A stretch of 63,709 nucleotides of DNA, counting the filler. It is 5 parts of 5 records of this genome, joined end to end, with 100 filler letters (N's around TTAATTAATTAA, not from the genome) between each part and the next. Parts side by side here need not be neighbours in the genome. Positions count along the whole stretch, not along the records: positions 43,192 to 52,967 come from SRR31156797_2242; positions 53,068 to 63,709 come from SRR31156797_2244; 3 more parts are not named here. One strand, 5' to 3'. The position numbers and the translations under genes are program-made. Positions 44,250 through 55,196 of the stretch are shown piece after piece (position 1 is the first letter of the stretch; each line of letters starts with the position of its first letter). A model generated the notes under the pieces. The model saw only the letters and a list, made by a program, of their open reading frames with translations, made no database searches and was not told where the DNA came from.

Positions 44250-46394
44250 CTAATAAACAACAACTTTATTTCTACCTGCACTTTTAGCTTGGTATAGCGC
44301 TTTATCTGCTCTTTGAAGTATCGATTCTTTTGTATCATCTTTTTTTGAGATTGTTACACCAAAACTTGCAGTTTTATTTCCCACTTCTTTAAAGTTGTGA
44401 GTTGCTATTTCTTCTTTTAGTGTTTCCATAAGGTTTTCTACATTTTTTAATTCAGATTCAGGGCATATTATTAGAAACTCTTCCCCTCCGTATCTGCCTA
44501 AAAAGTCAGTTTTTCTTAGATTGGTTTTTAAAATAGAAGCCATTTCTATTAAAACTTTATCTCCTATTTGGTGTCCAAAGGTATCATTAATTTTTTTAAA
44601 ATAGTCAATATCCACAATAGCCAAACCAAAAGTATGATAAAACCTTTCACTTCTATGCAGTTCTATCTCAAGAAGTTCTTCTATTTTTCTTCTATTGTAA
44701 ATATTTGTTAGTTTATCAGTAATTGCAAGTTTCTCTAACTCTTCATTTTTGATTTCAATATCTTTTTTTGCTTCTTTTAAAAGTTTATTTGTTTTTATAA
44801 TTTTTGTATTCCAGTATATAAATAATAAAATCAAAACAAAAGCACTAATAGCGACTTGCCATACAAGAGTATAATTTATCCCTTTTTGGTATTTTATTGG
44901 TAACCATTTTGTAAAAATCTCTCTATGTGTTTCTTCAGAAATACTATCAATAGCCTTTTGTAATATAGTTAATAATGTTTTTTCATCTTTTACTACAGCC
45001 ATTGAAAGTTTTAAATTTTCTGATATTTTTCCAGCTATTTTTAGTTCACCAAAATATTTTGACTGGAACTCATATCCAATACTAGCCAAAGTATCAATAT
45101 AAGCAAAGAGTTGACCATCTTTTACCATATCAAGTCCAGCATAAATATCATCAACTTCTACTAGATTTAGTTCGGGATATTTTTGTCTAAGTATTTTTAC
45201 AAAAACATCTCCTTTTATGATTCCTATTTTTTCACCTTTTAAATCCATAATATGATTGATGAAAGGAACATTTACTCTAGTTGCCACTACAAGAGGAACT
45301 TTTAAATATGGTTTTGTAAAGTTTAGATATTCTCTTCTTTGTGGTGTATCCATACCTAATGCTATCATATCGCATTTTTTTTCTTTTATGAAAGATATTG
45401 TTTCATTCCAGTTTTTTGTTTTTACAAGTTCAAATTTTGCTGATAAGATTTTTTCAAATACATTATAATAATCAGAACTGATTCCTATATGTTCCCCTTT
45501 TTTATTTAATCCTTCAAAAGGCATACCAGTAGAGTTTATGCAGTATTTGATTACATTTGTATCTATAAATGCAGTTTCATTTTTGCTAAGTTCTACATGC
45601 CCACCTGCAAACTCTTTTATTGAACCAATCCATTTATTAACTAAGGCTTCTTTTTCTTTTTTGCTAATAGAATCAAGAGCTTTTTGAATGATTGAAGATA
45701 ATAAAGGTTTTTGTGGATTTATTCCAAATCTTAAATCCTCTTTTTTTGTATTTGGAAGGTTTAGTTCACTTGCAAGTTTTATATTTGTATAAAGGTTTTC
45801 TTTTATGATATGGTTAATATTTGTAAGGTTTTGAATCAGTGCATCAATTTTTCCAAATACTAAATCTTTTATAACATCAGTATAATTATCATACATAACT
45901 ATATCCATTGTTTCTAAAGATTGAAGCTCTTTTATGTAAAAAACATCTTTCAAAACTCCCACTTTTTTCCCTTTTAGACTCTCTAATCCATCATACCTTC
46001 CAAAAGAATCATTTACAAATACCATAATTGGTATTTCATAATATGGTTTAGTAAAAAGAGTAAAAGGCTCTCTATATTTTTTGTATGAAATACTAGAAAT
46101 CATATCAAGTTTTTGGGTTTTGAAAGAGTTATAGATATTAGTCCATTTATCAAGTTTCTTTTCAAACTCTAAACCTGTTCTTTCAGTAATAATTTTTAAA
46201 ATGTCGTGTTCAAATCCTACAGGAGTATTTTTTATATAATAGGTAAAAGGGCTAAAATCAGGCATCATTCCAACTGTTACAACTGGATTGTTTTTTATAA
46301 ATTCTTTTTCTTTTTCAGAAAGATCAATATTAGTAGCCAAAGAATTTGTTGAAATATAAAAAAATATTAATAGATACAAAAGTACAGTTTTCAT
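44250..46394 (-). CDS. Diguanylate cyclase with two periplasmic family-3 SBP sensor domains
   Basis: Signal peptide, two PBP repeats, a TM helix, D.LT..YNRR, DID.FK..ND..GH and RYGGEEF. Confidence 0.92.
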   Translation of the reverse strand: MKTVLLYLLIFFYISTNSLATNIDLSEKEKEFIKNNPVVTVGMMPDFSPFTYYIKNTPVGFEHDILKIITERTGLEFEKKLDKWTNIYNSFKTQKLDMISSISYKKYREPFTLFTKPYYEIPIMVFVNDSFGRYDGLESLKGKKVGVLKDVFYIKELQSLETMDIVMYDNYTDVIKDLVFGKIDALIQNLTNINHIIKENLYTNIKLASELNLPNTKKEDLRFGINPQKPLLSSIIQKALDSISKKEKEALVNKWIGSIKEFAGGHVELSKNETAFIDTNVIKYCINSTGMPFEGLNKKGEHIGISSDYYNVFEKILSAKFELVKTKNWNETISFIKEKKCDMIALGMDTPQRREYLNFTKPYLKVPLVVATRVNVPFINHIMDLKGEKIGIIKGDVFVKILRQKYPELNLVEVDDIYAGLDMVKDGQLFAYIDTLASIGYEFQSKYFGELKIAGKISENLKLSMAVVKDEKTLLTILQKAIDSISEETHREIFTKWLPIKYQKGINYTLVWQVAISAFVLILLFIYWNTKIIKTNKLLKEAKKDIEIKNEELEKLAITDKLTNIYNRRKIEELLEIELHRSERFYHTFGLAIVDIDYFKKINDTFGHQIGDKVLIEMASILKTNLRKTDFLGRYGGEEFLIICPESELKNVENLMETLKEEIATHNFKEVGNKTASFGVTISKKDDTKESILQRADKALYQAKSAGRNKVVVY

Positions 46395-46525
46395 TTTTTT
46401 CCTTAAATATATTATATCAACTAATTTGTGTGATTATTCTATTCCTTTTAAAAATTTAAAATATTTTAGTTATCTCTTTAAAGATATTTACTATAATTAT
46501 AGCAATAATTTTTATAGGATATTTT

Positions 46526-46909
46526 ATGGATAAGACAAATGTAGCAGAAGTAGCAACGACAAAGTATGAAAAACAATTAGTACAAGAAAAATATAATGTA
46601 AATGTGGCTTTCTATGTTCATCTAAAAGAGTATCACAATGGCGTAAGAGAAGAGTTAGAACATCGACTTGAAGAGGTGTTCTTTTATGCTAAAGGTGTAG
46701 ATTGGAAGTTTGATAGTTTTGGTATTGAAAAAGCTGGGTCTAGAAGTAAAAATGTTTTAGGGTATTTTATTTTTAGAACTTGTAATATCACTGATTTGAA
46801 GAAGCTGTTTTTAGAGTATTTTAAAGATTATGATAATGCAGCAAAAATTACATGTTCCGTAGCTGAATATCAAAAAATCAAAGAGAAGTTTTTTGAAATA
46901 GAAGTATAA
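46526..46909 (+). CDS. Hypothetical protein
   Basis: 127-aa ORF with an AGGA RBS and a TATAAT upstream. Confidence 0.6.
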   Translation: MDKTNVAEVATTKYEKQLVQEKYNVNVAFYVHLKEYHNGVREELEHRLEEVFFYAKGVDWKFDSFGIEKAGSRSKNVLGYFIFRTCNITDLKKLFLEYFKDYDNAAKITCSVAEYQKIKEKFFEIEV

Positions 46910-46922
46910 AGTTAAGATATTT

Positions 46923-47582
46923 TTATCTTAACTTTTTTATTATCTCATAAATCTCTATAGGTGAATCGACCACAAAATCAGCATTTGCTTCTATTAACTC
47001 TTCTTTTGGTCTAAATCCCCAAGAAACTCCAATAGCAACCATTCCTGCTCTTTTGGCTGTTTCTATATCGTAACTTGTATCACCTACAAAAAAACTGTTT
47101 TCACAAGATACATTTAGGTTTTTTGCAATACTTATTGCACTTTGTGGATTTGGTTTTTTAGGTATTCCTTCTTTTTGTCCATGAACTTCTTTGATATCAA
47201 AGTCTAAGAAAAACTTTTCATAATATTTTACTGTAAATTCGTGAGGTTTATTTGATAAAATCCCTAGTTTTATATCATCTTCTTTTAGTTTTGTAAGAAG
47301 TTCTATAATCCCTGCGTAAGGAGTTGTATTTCCTTGAAGCTCGTTGTCATAAATTTTTTTAAATCTATCAAGTACTTTTAATATAATCTCTTCTGGTAAA
47401 TCTTTTGGTGTACAATTGTCTATTAAAACCCTTGCTCCTCCACCTGCAAAGTAGTTATAAGCTTCAAGAGTATGAGTAGGAAGTGAAAACTCTTCAAGTA
47501 CTTTATTTGCACATATTCCTATATCTTTGATTGAATCGATAAGTGTTCCATCCATATCAAAAATTGCTGCTTTGTTTGACAT
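46923..47582 (-). CDS. HAD family hydrolase (phosphoglycolate phosphatase-like)
   Basis: FDMDGTLIDS, SNK, KP.P and VGD..YD motifs. Confidence 0.9.
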   Translation of the reverse strand: MSNKAAIFDMDGTLIDSIKDIGICANKVLEEFSLPTHTLEAYNYFAGGGARVLIDNCTPKDLPEEIILKVLDRFKKIYDNELQGNTTPYAGIIELLTKLKEDDIKLGILSNKPHEFTVKYYEKFFLDFDIKEVHGQKEGIPKKPNPQSAISIAKNLNVSCENSFFVGDTSYDIETAKRAGMVAIGVSWGFRPKEELIEANADFVVDSPIEIYEIIKKLR

Positions 47583-47590
47583 CTATTCTC

Positions 47591-48769
47591 CTAATGAATC
47601 TTCTTAATTGGCTGTTTTGAAAAAAATATTGATAATAATGATGCCAAAAAAGTAATTAGGGATGTTATCATAAAAATGATTGAAAAACTATTTGTTATAT
47701 CATATAAATATCCTGCCACAACTGGACCAATTGCTTGACATAATCCAAAAAGCATTGTTACTAAAGATAAAATTTGCGAGGTTCTTTTTACATCAAAGTG
47801 TATTGAAGTCAACAATACTACCAAAGATGGGATACTCCAAACTGATATTCCAAATGCCATAGCACTAAACCAAATTGAAATATTTGAAAAATCACTGGCA
47901 AGTGAAAAGTGTGCAGCAGTTTGTAAAAGGTAAACAAATATCAAGGTTTTATATGCTCCAAATTTATCAGCAATCATTCCAAATAAAAGTCCAGAAAAAA
48001 TACTCATAAAACCAAGCAGTGCCCAAAAATCACCAGATATATCACTTGTCATACTAAATTTTTCTATAACTGCTTTTACAAAATATGTAACAAATATTGA
48101 GTATGTTAAACCAAAAATCATATAGATAACTGCAATTTTCCAAAAAGCAGATATAAAAAAGTATTTTTTAGATGACAGTTTAACTTCAGGAAGTTCATGT
48201 TTTGCATATTTTTTTATTCCTGGTTGACATAAAAAAGAGATTATTACTATAATTAAACTAAAGCTTAGCCAAGAATATTGCCAAGGTGAATCACTAATAA
48301 TATTTTCAAAGTAAGGTGTGATTTGTCCCGAGATTATGATAGCTAAACCACTTCCACTTACTGCAACTCCTAATGCTTTCCCTCTCATCTTTTTGGGAAT
48401 AATATTTGAAAGATGTGCCATTATTGAAATATTTGCAATTGCAGAAAAAAAACCACTTAAAGTGTAAAAAAATGAAAGCATTAAATAGCTTGTGAAAAGT
48501 GTCATCAGAGCCATACTTAATGCCTGTAGTATTAAAGTTATAAATATTAGTCTATATGTTGTAAATTTTGTATAAAAATAGTTTGCAAAAAATATCCCAA
48601 CTAAATACCCAATAAAATTTGCAGTTCCTATAAATCCAACTTGTGTTGTATTTATATCAAGTGAACTTTGAAGGTTTGGTAAAATCATACCAAATGAAAA
48701 ACGCCCAAGTCCTAGACAAGCAAGGATTATCAAAAAGGAAGCGATTATTATTTTGATATATTTTTTCAA
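47591..48769 (-). CDS. YbfB/YjiJ-like MFS transporter
   Basis: LGLGRFSFGMILP and ANFIGYL motifs; about 12 TM helices. Confidence 0.85.
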   Translation of the reverse strand: MKKYIKIIIASFLIILACLGLGRFSFGMILPNLQSSLDINTTQVGFIGTANFIGYLVGIFFANYFYTKFTTYRLIFITLILQALSMALMTLFTSYLMLSFFYTLSGFFSAIANISIMAHLSNIIPKKMRGKALGVAVSGSGLAIIISGQITPYFENIISDSPWQYSWLSFSLIIVIISFLCQPGIKKYAKHELPEVKLSSKKYFFISAFWKIAVIYMIFGLTYSIFVTYFVKAVIEKFSMTSDISGDFWALLGFMSIFSGLLFGMIADKFGAYKTLIFVYLLQTAAHFSLASDFSNISIWFSAMAFGISVWSIPSLVVLLTSIHFDVKRTSQILSLVTMLFGLCQAIGPVVAGYLYDITNSFSIIFMITSLITFLASLLSIFFSKQPIKKIH

Positions 48770-48884
48770 AGTACAACTTTACAAAGGTCAATATTGTCAT
48801 TGTTTTGGAGCAGTTGATATACACTCATTTCAAACCTTTGTTTTTAAACTTATGGTATAGTATTCAAATATTTATTAACAAATA

Positions 48885-49550
48885 ATGAAAAGAGTTTTAA
48901 TGGATTCGTGGAAGAAAATAATAGAGATAGAGAAACAAAAAGATTACTACAAAAAACTAAAAGAACAAATTGATAAAAAATACGAAGAGACTACAGTTTT
49001 CCCTCCAAAAGATATGATTTTTAATGCTTTTTCAAAAACAGATTTTGAGAACTTAAAAGTTGTTATTTTAGGGCAAGACCCATATCATGGAAAAGGGCAA
49101 GCACAAGGATTTTCTTTTTCAACTCCAAGTGATGTAAAAAACCCACCTTCAATGCAAAATATTTTAAAAGAGATAGAAGCAGATACAAACTCTCAATCTA
49201 TCTGTCTTGATGGAGATTTAACACCTTGGGCAACACAAGGAGTTCTTCTTTTAAATGCAATTTTGACAGTAGAAGAATCAAAGCCAAAATCCCATCATAA
49301 GTTAGGTTGGGAGGTTTTTACAGATAATATAATCAAATATATCTCACAAAATTGTAAAGATATAGTTTTTATTCTTTGGGGTGGTCCAGCAATTGCAAAG
49401 AGTAAAATCATTGATGAAACAAAACATCATATACTTACTGCACCACATCCAAGCCCATTGTCTTCATATAGAGGTTTTTTTGGATGTAAGCATTTTAGTA
49501 AAACAAATGAGATTTTAAAAAATATTGGAAAAGAACCAATAGCTTGGTAA
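48885..49550 (+). CDS. ung: Uracil-DNA glycosylase
   Basis: GQDPYH, PPS, GVLLLN and HPSPLS motifs. Confidence 0.97.
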   Translation: MKRVLMDSWKKIIEIEKQKDYYKKLKEQIDKKYEETTVFPPKDMIFNAFSKTDFENLKVVILGQDPYHGKGQAQGFSFSTPSDVKNPPSMQNILKEIEADTNSQSICLDGDLTPWATQGVLLLNAILTVEESKPKSHHKLGWEVFTDNIIKYISQNCKDIVFILWGGPAIAKSKIIDETKHHILTAPHPSPLSSYRGFFGCKHFSKTNEILKNIGKEPIAW

Positions 49551-49560
49551 GGAGAATTTA

Positions 49561-49962
49561 GTGGAAGAGAAATGGTATTTAGAAAATACAGGAAATATAA
49601 ACCAAATGTTAAGAGTAAGAGATGATATAGATTTACCTCAAACAGCAAATGAGTTTCCCCATTTGGTTTTAATAAAACACAATTTTCATATTGCAGATGA
49701 TATTATGTTTCCAGACCCAGCTTGTATAGCTTTTTTTACAGCTTTTGAAAATAACCATTTAGAAGCATTGGAAGAGGAAAATAGTGCGGCACTTTTGGCT
49801 GTAGATATTTGTGAAGGTCTTATGCAGTTTTATCTTTATTCAAAAGATCCACAAAAAACATTATATGATTGTATTGATTTTTTGAAATCAAATGATTTAT
49901 ACAAATGTGATTTTGAGATTATCAACAATGATAATTTTGAAACATTAGAGAGACTAATCTAA
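49561..49962 (+). CDS. Hypothetical protein (DUF695-like)
   Basis: 133-aa acidic ORF with an AAGGAG RBS. Confidence 0.5.
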   Translation: MEEKWYLENTGNINQMLRVRDDIDLPQTANEFPHLVLIKHNFHIADDIMFPDPACIAFFTAFENNHLEALEEENSAALLAVDICEGLMQFYLYSKDPQKTLYDCIDFLKSNDLYKCDFEIINNDNFETLERLI

Positions 49963-50508
49963 CTCTCTTTTTTGCCAGATATAGATTTTGTAGTACCAAT
50001 ATCTGTGACCTTTTGAAGGAAACTTTTTAATATCTCCAAATACAAACCCAATAATCTCTTTAGTCTCATCATCTAGGTGTGCACCTTTTGAGAGATATTG
50101 AGCAAAGCCATTTTTTAAAGTTGTAAATATCTGTTCTTCTTTTTCTACAAACTCTTGATAATCTAGGTTTTGGATTTTTCTAATTTCTTTTTTTGTAATT
50201 GTTCCTAAGTAGTTTTCAAATCTTCTATAGGCATTTGCTTTCAGTTTATTTTTTGTATTAAAAAAAGCTTTACTTGCTTTTTTAACATCATTTTTACTAT
50301 CTAGTCCAATGGCGATACATTGAGTTGTATCATAATCCACTTCTTTTTTTGATTCTTCTTTTTTAGTTAAATCTTCGTTTTCTATTACTAGACTTTTTTC
50401 TTTTTCAAGATTTGGTTTTTTCTTTATCTCAATTTTTATTTCGGATGTTTCTTCTTTCTTTTGTTTTTCAATGTTTTTTTTATCTTTTTTAAACATATCT
50501 AAAATCAT
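49954..50508 (-). CDS. Hypothetical protein
   Basis: 184-aa ORF with an AAGGA RBS. Confidence 0.6.
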   Translation of the reverse strand: MILDMFKKDKKNIEKQKKEETSEIKIEIKKKPNLEKEKSLVIENEDLTKKEESKKEVDYDTTQCIAIGLDSKNDVKKASKAFFNTKNKLKANAYRRFENYLGTITKKEIRKIQNLDYQEFVEKEEQIFTTLKNGFAQYLSKGAHLDDETKEIIGFVFGDIKKFPSKGHRYWYYKIYIWQKRELD

Positions 50509-50511
50509 TTT

Positions 50512-50907
50512 TTATCCTTCAGAATTGTCTTTATTTAGCTCTTTTAAAAACCCCACAAAATTCCTGTTATGCAATCTAACTATTTGTAAGTATATAAATA
50601 TAACAACAATAACATTTAGATGAATTACTGCATCTGAAAAACTTAAAAATGCAAGTAATATCCCAACGCCTAATATTAATATTGGGTAAGATAGTTTTAG
50701 GATATCTTCACTTTTTTGTAATTGTTCTTTATAGTCTTTAAGGTTTTGTTTTATAAAGGTTCTGTCATCTTCTGTTAATTCACCTTTATCTTTTAATTCA
50801 TCAAGGCCTTTTACTACACTTAGCTTTTTTTTGTATTGAACATATTTGAAAAAAATAGCAAGTAAAACAATAATTGATAGTATATTTGAGATAAGTATAA
50901 GTGGCAT
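50512..50907 (-). CDS. Hypothetical membrane protein
   Basis: Three hydrophobic segments; AAGGGG RBS. Confidence 0.65.
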   Translation of the reverse strand: MPLILISNILSIIVLLAIFFKYVQYKKKLSVVKGLDELKDKGELTEDDRTFIKQNLKDYKEQLQKSEDILKLSYPILILGVGILLAFLSFSDAVIHLNVIVVIFIYLQIVRLHNRNFVGFLKELNKDNSEG

Positions 50908-51051
50908 TTATTCCCCTTTTTATTGTGGTTTATATTTTAATACAAAATCCTTTAAAGTATATTATACGATTATTCATAATATATATACTTATAAAATAAA
51001 ATATTTATTTAAGTTATAATATAATTTAAAATATTATTTTAAGGAGAGGGT

Positions 51052-51300
51052 ATGATACGAATATTTTGGTTAATGTGTGTTCTTTTTTTAGGACTTTTAG
51101 TTGCTACTACTGATTTTAATAAGGCATCAAAAAGTGAATTAATGAACATAAAAGGTATAGGTGTAAAAAAAGCAGAAGCTATAATTGAATATAGAAAAGC
51201 AAATAAAATCAATAGTGTTGATGACTTAGAAAATATAAAAGGTTTTGGCAAAAAACTTATATCAAAGATTAAGATGTATGAATCTATGTCAACAAAATAA
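51052..51300 (+). CDS. comE: ComEA-like helix-hairpin-helix DNA-binding protein
   Basis: Signal peptide; N.AS..EL..IKGIG.KKAEAI...KGFG tandem HhH motifs. Confidence 0.85.
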   Translation: MIRIFWLMCVLFLGLLVATTDFNKASKSELMNIKGIGVKKAEAIIEYRKANKINSVDDLENIKGFGKKLISKIKMYESMSTK

Positions 51301-51383
51301 CTCTACAGGGCAGAAGGTATTCTGCTCTAACTATTATAATTTTTTTTGATATAATAGTAAAAAATCTTGACTAGGTTGCAATT

Positions 51384-51797
51384 ATGAAAATATCAGGAAA
51401 TGCTTTTTGTCCATGTGGAAGCCAAAAAAAATTTAAAAAATGCTGTAGAGTTTTTCATTATGGTCAAAGCCCAACAAATGCTCTTGAATTAATGAAATCA
51501 AGATATAGTGCTTATGCTGCAAATGATTCGTCATATATAATCAATACAACTCATAGAGATAATAAAGACTATACATCAGATTTTGATAAGTGGAAGGATT
51601 CTATTCATGAATTCTTTGATCATACGGAGTTTAAAAAGTTAGAAGTATTAGATTTTATTGATGGAGAAGATGAAGCTTATGTTACATTTAAAGCTACACT
51701 TTTCCAAGGTGCTATAGATATATCTTTTACAGAGAAAAGTAGATTTTTAAAGGCTAACAATATATGGTTATATCATAGTGGCGAGTTTATTCAGTAA
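51384..51797 (+). CDS. ychJ: YchJ family SEC-C protein
   Basis: CPCGS.KKFKKCC, LMKSRYSAY and EKSRF motifs. Confidence 0.9.
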   Translation: MKISGNAFCPCGSQKKFKKCCRVFHYGQSPTNALELMKSRYSAYAANDSSYIINTTHRDNKDYTSDFDKWKDSIHEFFDHTEFKKLEVLDFIDGEDEAYVTFKATLFQGAIDISFTEKSRFLKANNIWLYHSGEFIQ

Positions 51798-52443
51798 AGA
51801 ACTTACAAAAAAAGCATTTAAAACTCAAGAGGGATATATCCTTCTTTTGAGTATTATCTTAATCTTTGCTACAACTCTATATATTTTTATAAACTCTTTT
51901 TTTGATTATAAGACTACAAGTAAAATAGCTACAATGTTATTTACAAATATATTTATAGGTAGGGTTCCTGCCTTATCTTTTGGGTATGCTTCTAATCTTT
52001 CAGCCTCTAGTGTAATATCTTTTAATATTTTAGCAGAGATGATACTTGTCACACTTCTTTATTCCATATTTGTTTTTAGTTTCAAAGGGGTCTTAAAAGT
52101 AAAACGATTAGAAATCTTTTTTGAAAATGTAAAAAAAAGAAAAGAACAACATAATGAATTATTTCAAAAATATGGGATTTTTGGTTTATTTATTTTTGTT
52201 TTTATACCTTTTTGGATGACTGGTCCAATTGTTGGTTCTATAATTGGATTTTTAATTGGAATGAAGCATTATACTGTTATATTTACAGTCTTTTTAGCTA
52301 CTGTGGTATCAATGACACTTTGGGGGCTTTTCTTACAAGAGATTATAGGTTTCTTTGTGGAGTTTGATATAAGATTTATATGGGTACTTATATTAGCTGT
52401 AGCAATAGCATCAATAATAATGAAATTTAAAAAACGAGGATAA
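51778..52443 (+). CDS. Small multidrug export-family membrane protein
   Basis: GLFIFVFIPFWMTG motif; multiple TM helices. Confidence 0.7.
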   Translation: MASLFSKELTKKAFKTQEGYILLLSIILIFATTLYIFINSFFDYKTTSKIATMLFTNIFIGRVPALSFGYASNLSASSVISFNILAEMILVTLLYSIFVFSFKGVLKVKRLEIFFENVKKRKEQHNELFQKYGIFGLFIFVFIPFWMTGPIVGSIIGFLIGMKHYTVIFTVFLATVVSMTLWGLFLQEIIGFFVEFDIRFIWVLILAVAIASIIMKFKKRG

Positions 52444-52444
52444 T

Positions 52445-52967
52445 ATGAAAATACTTTTAGCACCAGCAGAAACAAAAAATAGTGGTGGAGAAGAAAAATC
52501 ATTTTGTAGTGAGAATTTTGTTTTTCCAGAACTTTTTGAAAAAAGAGAAGAGATTTTTAATGTCTATGAAGATTTTATAGCTTCACAATCTCTTGAAGAG
52601 TTATCAAAATGGTTTGGTTTGAAAAAACTTGAAGAAGTGGAAAAATACAAACATACACTTAAAGACAAGCCAACTATGAAAGCAATCACTAGATACAACG
52701 GTGTTGCATTTGATGCTTTGGATTATAATAACCTATCAGAAGATGAACAATCTTTTATAGATGAAAATGTAGTACTTTTTTCAAATCTATTTGGACCATT
52801 ACTTGCAAAAGATTTAATCCCTAACTACAAATATAAACAAGGTGCCAAATTACCTAATATAAATGTAGAAAAATTTTATATGGATAATTTTACTTCTGCT
52901 CTTGATGATTTAGTTGGGGAAGAGGTTATTGATTTAAGAGCAGGTTTTTATGAGAAGTTTTATAAAG
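52445..52967 (+). CDS. yaaA: YaaA family peroxide-stress protein, 3' truncated
   Basis: ILLAPAETK, AITRYNGV and SNLFG...IPNY motifs. Confidence 0.85.
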
Positions 52968-53067
52968 NNNNNNNNNNNNNNNNNNNNNNNNNNNNNNNNN
53001 NNNNNNNNNNNTTAATTAATTAANNNNNNNNNNNNNNNNNNNNNNNNNNNNNNNNNNNNNNNNNNNN
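52968..53067. other. Artificial contig linker
   Basis: N44-TTAATTAATTAA-N44. Confidence 0.99.
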
Positions 53068-54911
53068 TTTGCAGTTGTTCTTGAAGCTTTAGTATTATAT
53101 TTTTCACCAAATGCATCTTTTGCTTCAAAGTTTGCTACTCCAAAACTTAAATTAAATTTATCAGTTACTTTTCCGTTTACATCAAACTCAAAACCTTTAC
53201 TTGTAACCCCTTCAGCTTCTACACTTGCAACAGTAGTAGTCCCAGGAACAAAAACACCACTTGGATCATCTGCGGCAACATTGTCTTGCTCTATTCTAAA
53301 AATAGATAAAGAAGTAGTTAATTTACCATCAAAGTATTCACCTTTAATACCTGCTTCATAAGACTTACCTTCGATTGGATTTAAATAATTTCCACTACTA
53401 TCTTTGTCACTTTGAGGTTGGAAAATACTCGTATAACTAGTATAAATAGAATGGTTTTCATCTAAATCATAAACTAGCCCTACATATGGTGTAACTTCAT
53501 TATCAAATTTTCTTGACTCTGTTGAAGAGTTAGAGCTTGTATATTCCCAAGAGTTCAGTCTTGCACCTGCAATAAGTTTTAAATCTTGAGTAAGATTAAA
53601 TTTACTTGATAAATAAATTGCTTTTTGCACAATTTGTTCTGGTTTTACAATATAGTCTATATCAGATGATGTAGAAGTTGGTGATGAAATATCATAATTG
53701 TAAAAACTTGAAAGTGATGTGTAGTATCCATCAGGATATACACCATCATATGCTGTAGTTTTATTTACATTATATGCTGCTCCAACAACAATTTGTTGTG
53801 ATAAACCACCTATTTCAAATGGAATGTCAAAATTTACATCAAGGTTATCTTGAACCTTTTTAGTTTCTGCAATCCAATCCATATAACTGATTCCACTACC
53901 AGTTGATTTATCAATTGTTCCAGCAAAATACAATAGTGCTGTATCTGTATCAATTAAATCGTGTGAATAAGCTGCATTAAACTTAATACCTTCATATACA
54001 TCTTGTTGTAAATTAGCAAAAACTGATGTGATTTCACTATTCCAATATGTCCAGTCCTCAGAAACTGTTTTAGATCTACTGAAGTGTGTTCTTGAACCAT
54101 CTGAATAAAATGCTGGTAGTCCACCCCATCTAATACCATCTCTTTCAAGTTTTTGATATGAAACACCTGCTGATAAATAAGTAGTATCAGTAAGATCTGC
54201 ATCTACTACACCGTAGAATACATTATTTTCTCTTTCATAATTATCCATATATGAATCATTACTTTCGTGTTTTAAAACAACTCTACCTCTTACGCTACCA
54301 CTTTCATTAAGTTTTGAAGATAAATCAGTTTCAAAACTATAAGAGTTCCATGATCCAACAGATACAGATGCATCTCCTTTAAACTCTTTGCTATTTGCTC
54401 TTTTTCTTACAAGGTTAATACTCATACTTGGATTTCCTGAACCAGTAGTTAATCCATTTGCACCTCTTACAATTTCAACTTTTTCATAAATTGAAAGGTC
54501 TAAATCTCTTTCATTATATTCATTATAAGTTGGCATTCCATCAATCTTATAATAATCAATACTAAAACCTCTAGCTTTAGCTTGAACTCTCTCATCCCAT
54601 CTATCTAGTGTAACACCTGTCACATGACTTAATAACTCTTGATACGAAGTTACACCTAAATCACTAAGTTTTTGTACAGTAAAAACACTTACTGATTGTG
54701 GTGTATCTCTAATAGATAAATCTAACTTTGTAGATGTATTCATTGAACCTACTGTATATGTATCCATTTCTTCATTTGTTGTTGAAACAACCTCAACAGA
54801 TTTTAATTCATTTACATTTTTTTCATTTTTAACTTCATCAGCTAATACTTCAAAGTGAAGTAATGAAGCAACTAATATTGACAACTTAAAAGCTTTTTTG
54901 CTTAAACTCAT
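53068..54911 (-). CDS. TonB-dependent siderophore receptor (FhuE/FpvA-like), 3' truncated
   Basis: TKLDLSIRDTPQSVSV, ARGF, VEIVRGANGL..GSG.PS, WGGLP and PY.GLVYD motifs. Confidence 0.92.
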
Positions 54912-54922
54912 TTATTCTCCTT

Positions 54923-54943
54923 TTATGATATCAATTATCATAA
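54923..54943. promoter_or_regulatory. Fur box 1
   Basis: TTATGATATCAATTATCATAA palindrome upstream of the receptor gene. Confidence 0.8.
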
Positions 54944-55040
54944 TTGTAATTATCAGTGCGAATTATTTCCTCTTATCTCTTAATAGAAAATTACATAATT
55001 TACCTACATGACAAGCAGAGAAAATTGATATACAATTAGT

Positions 55041-55061
55041 TTATGATAACAATTATCATAA
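55041..55061. promoter_or_regulatory. Fur box 2 (tandem duplicated promoter)
   Basis: TTATGATAACAATTATCATAA. Confidence 0.8.
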
Positions 55062-55196
55062 TCTTAATCGACGAATTATTTCTTAATTTTGCTTAAATTT
55101 ACTTTTGATTTTAGACTCTCATGACAAGTAAAAATAATTTTTTTATAAAAAACTTATGCCACATTTTTTGCACATTTTTTTCTAATAACATACAAT

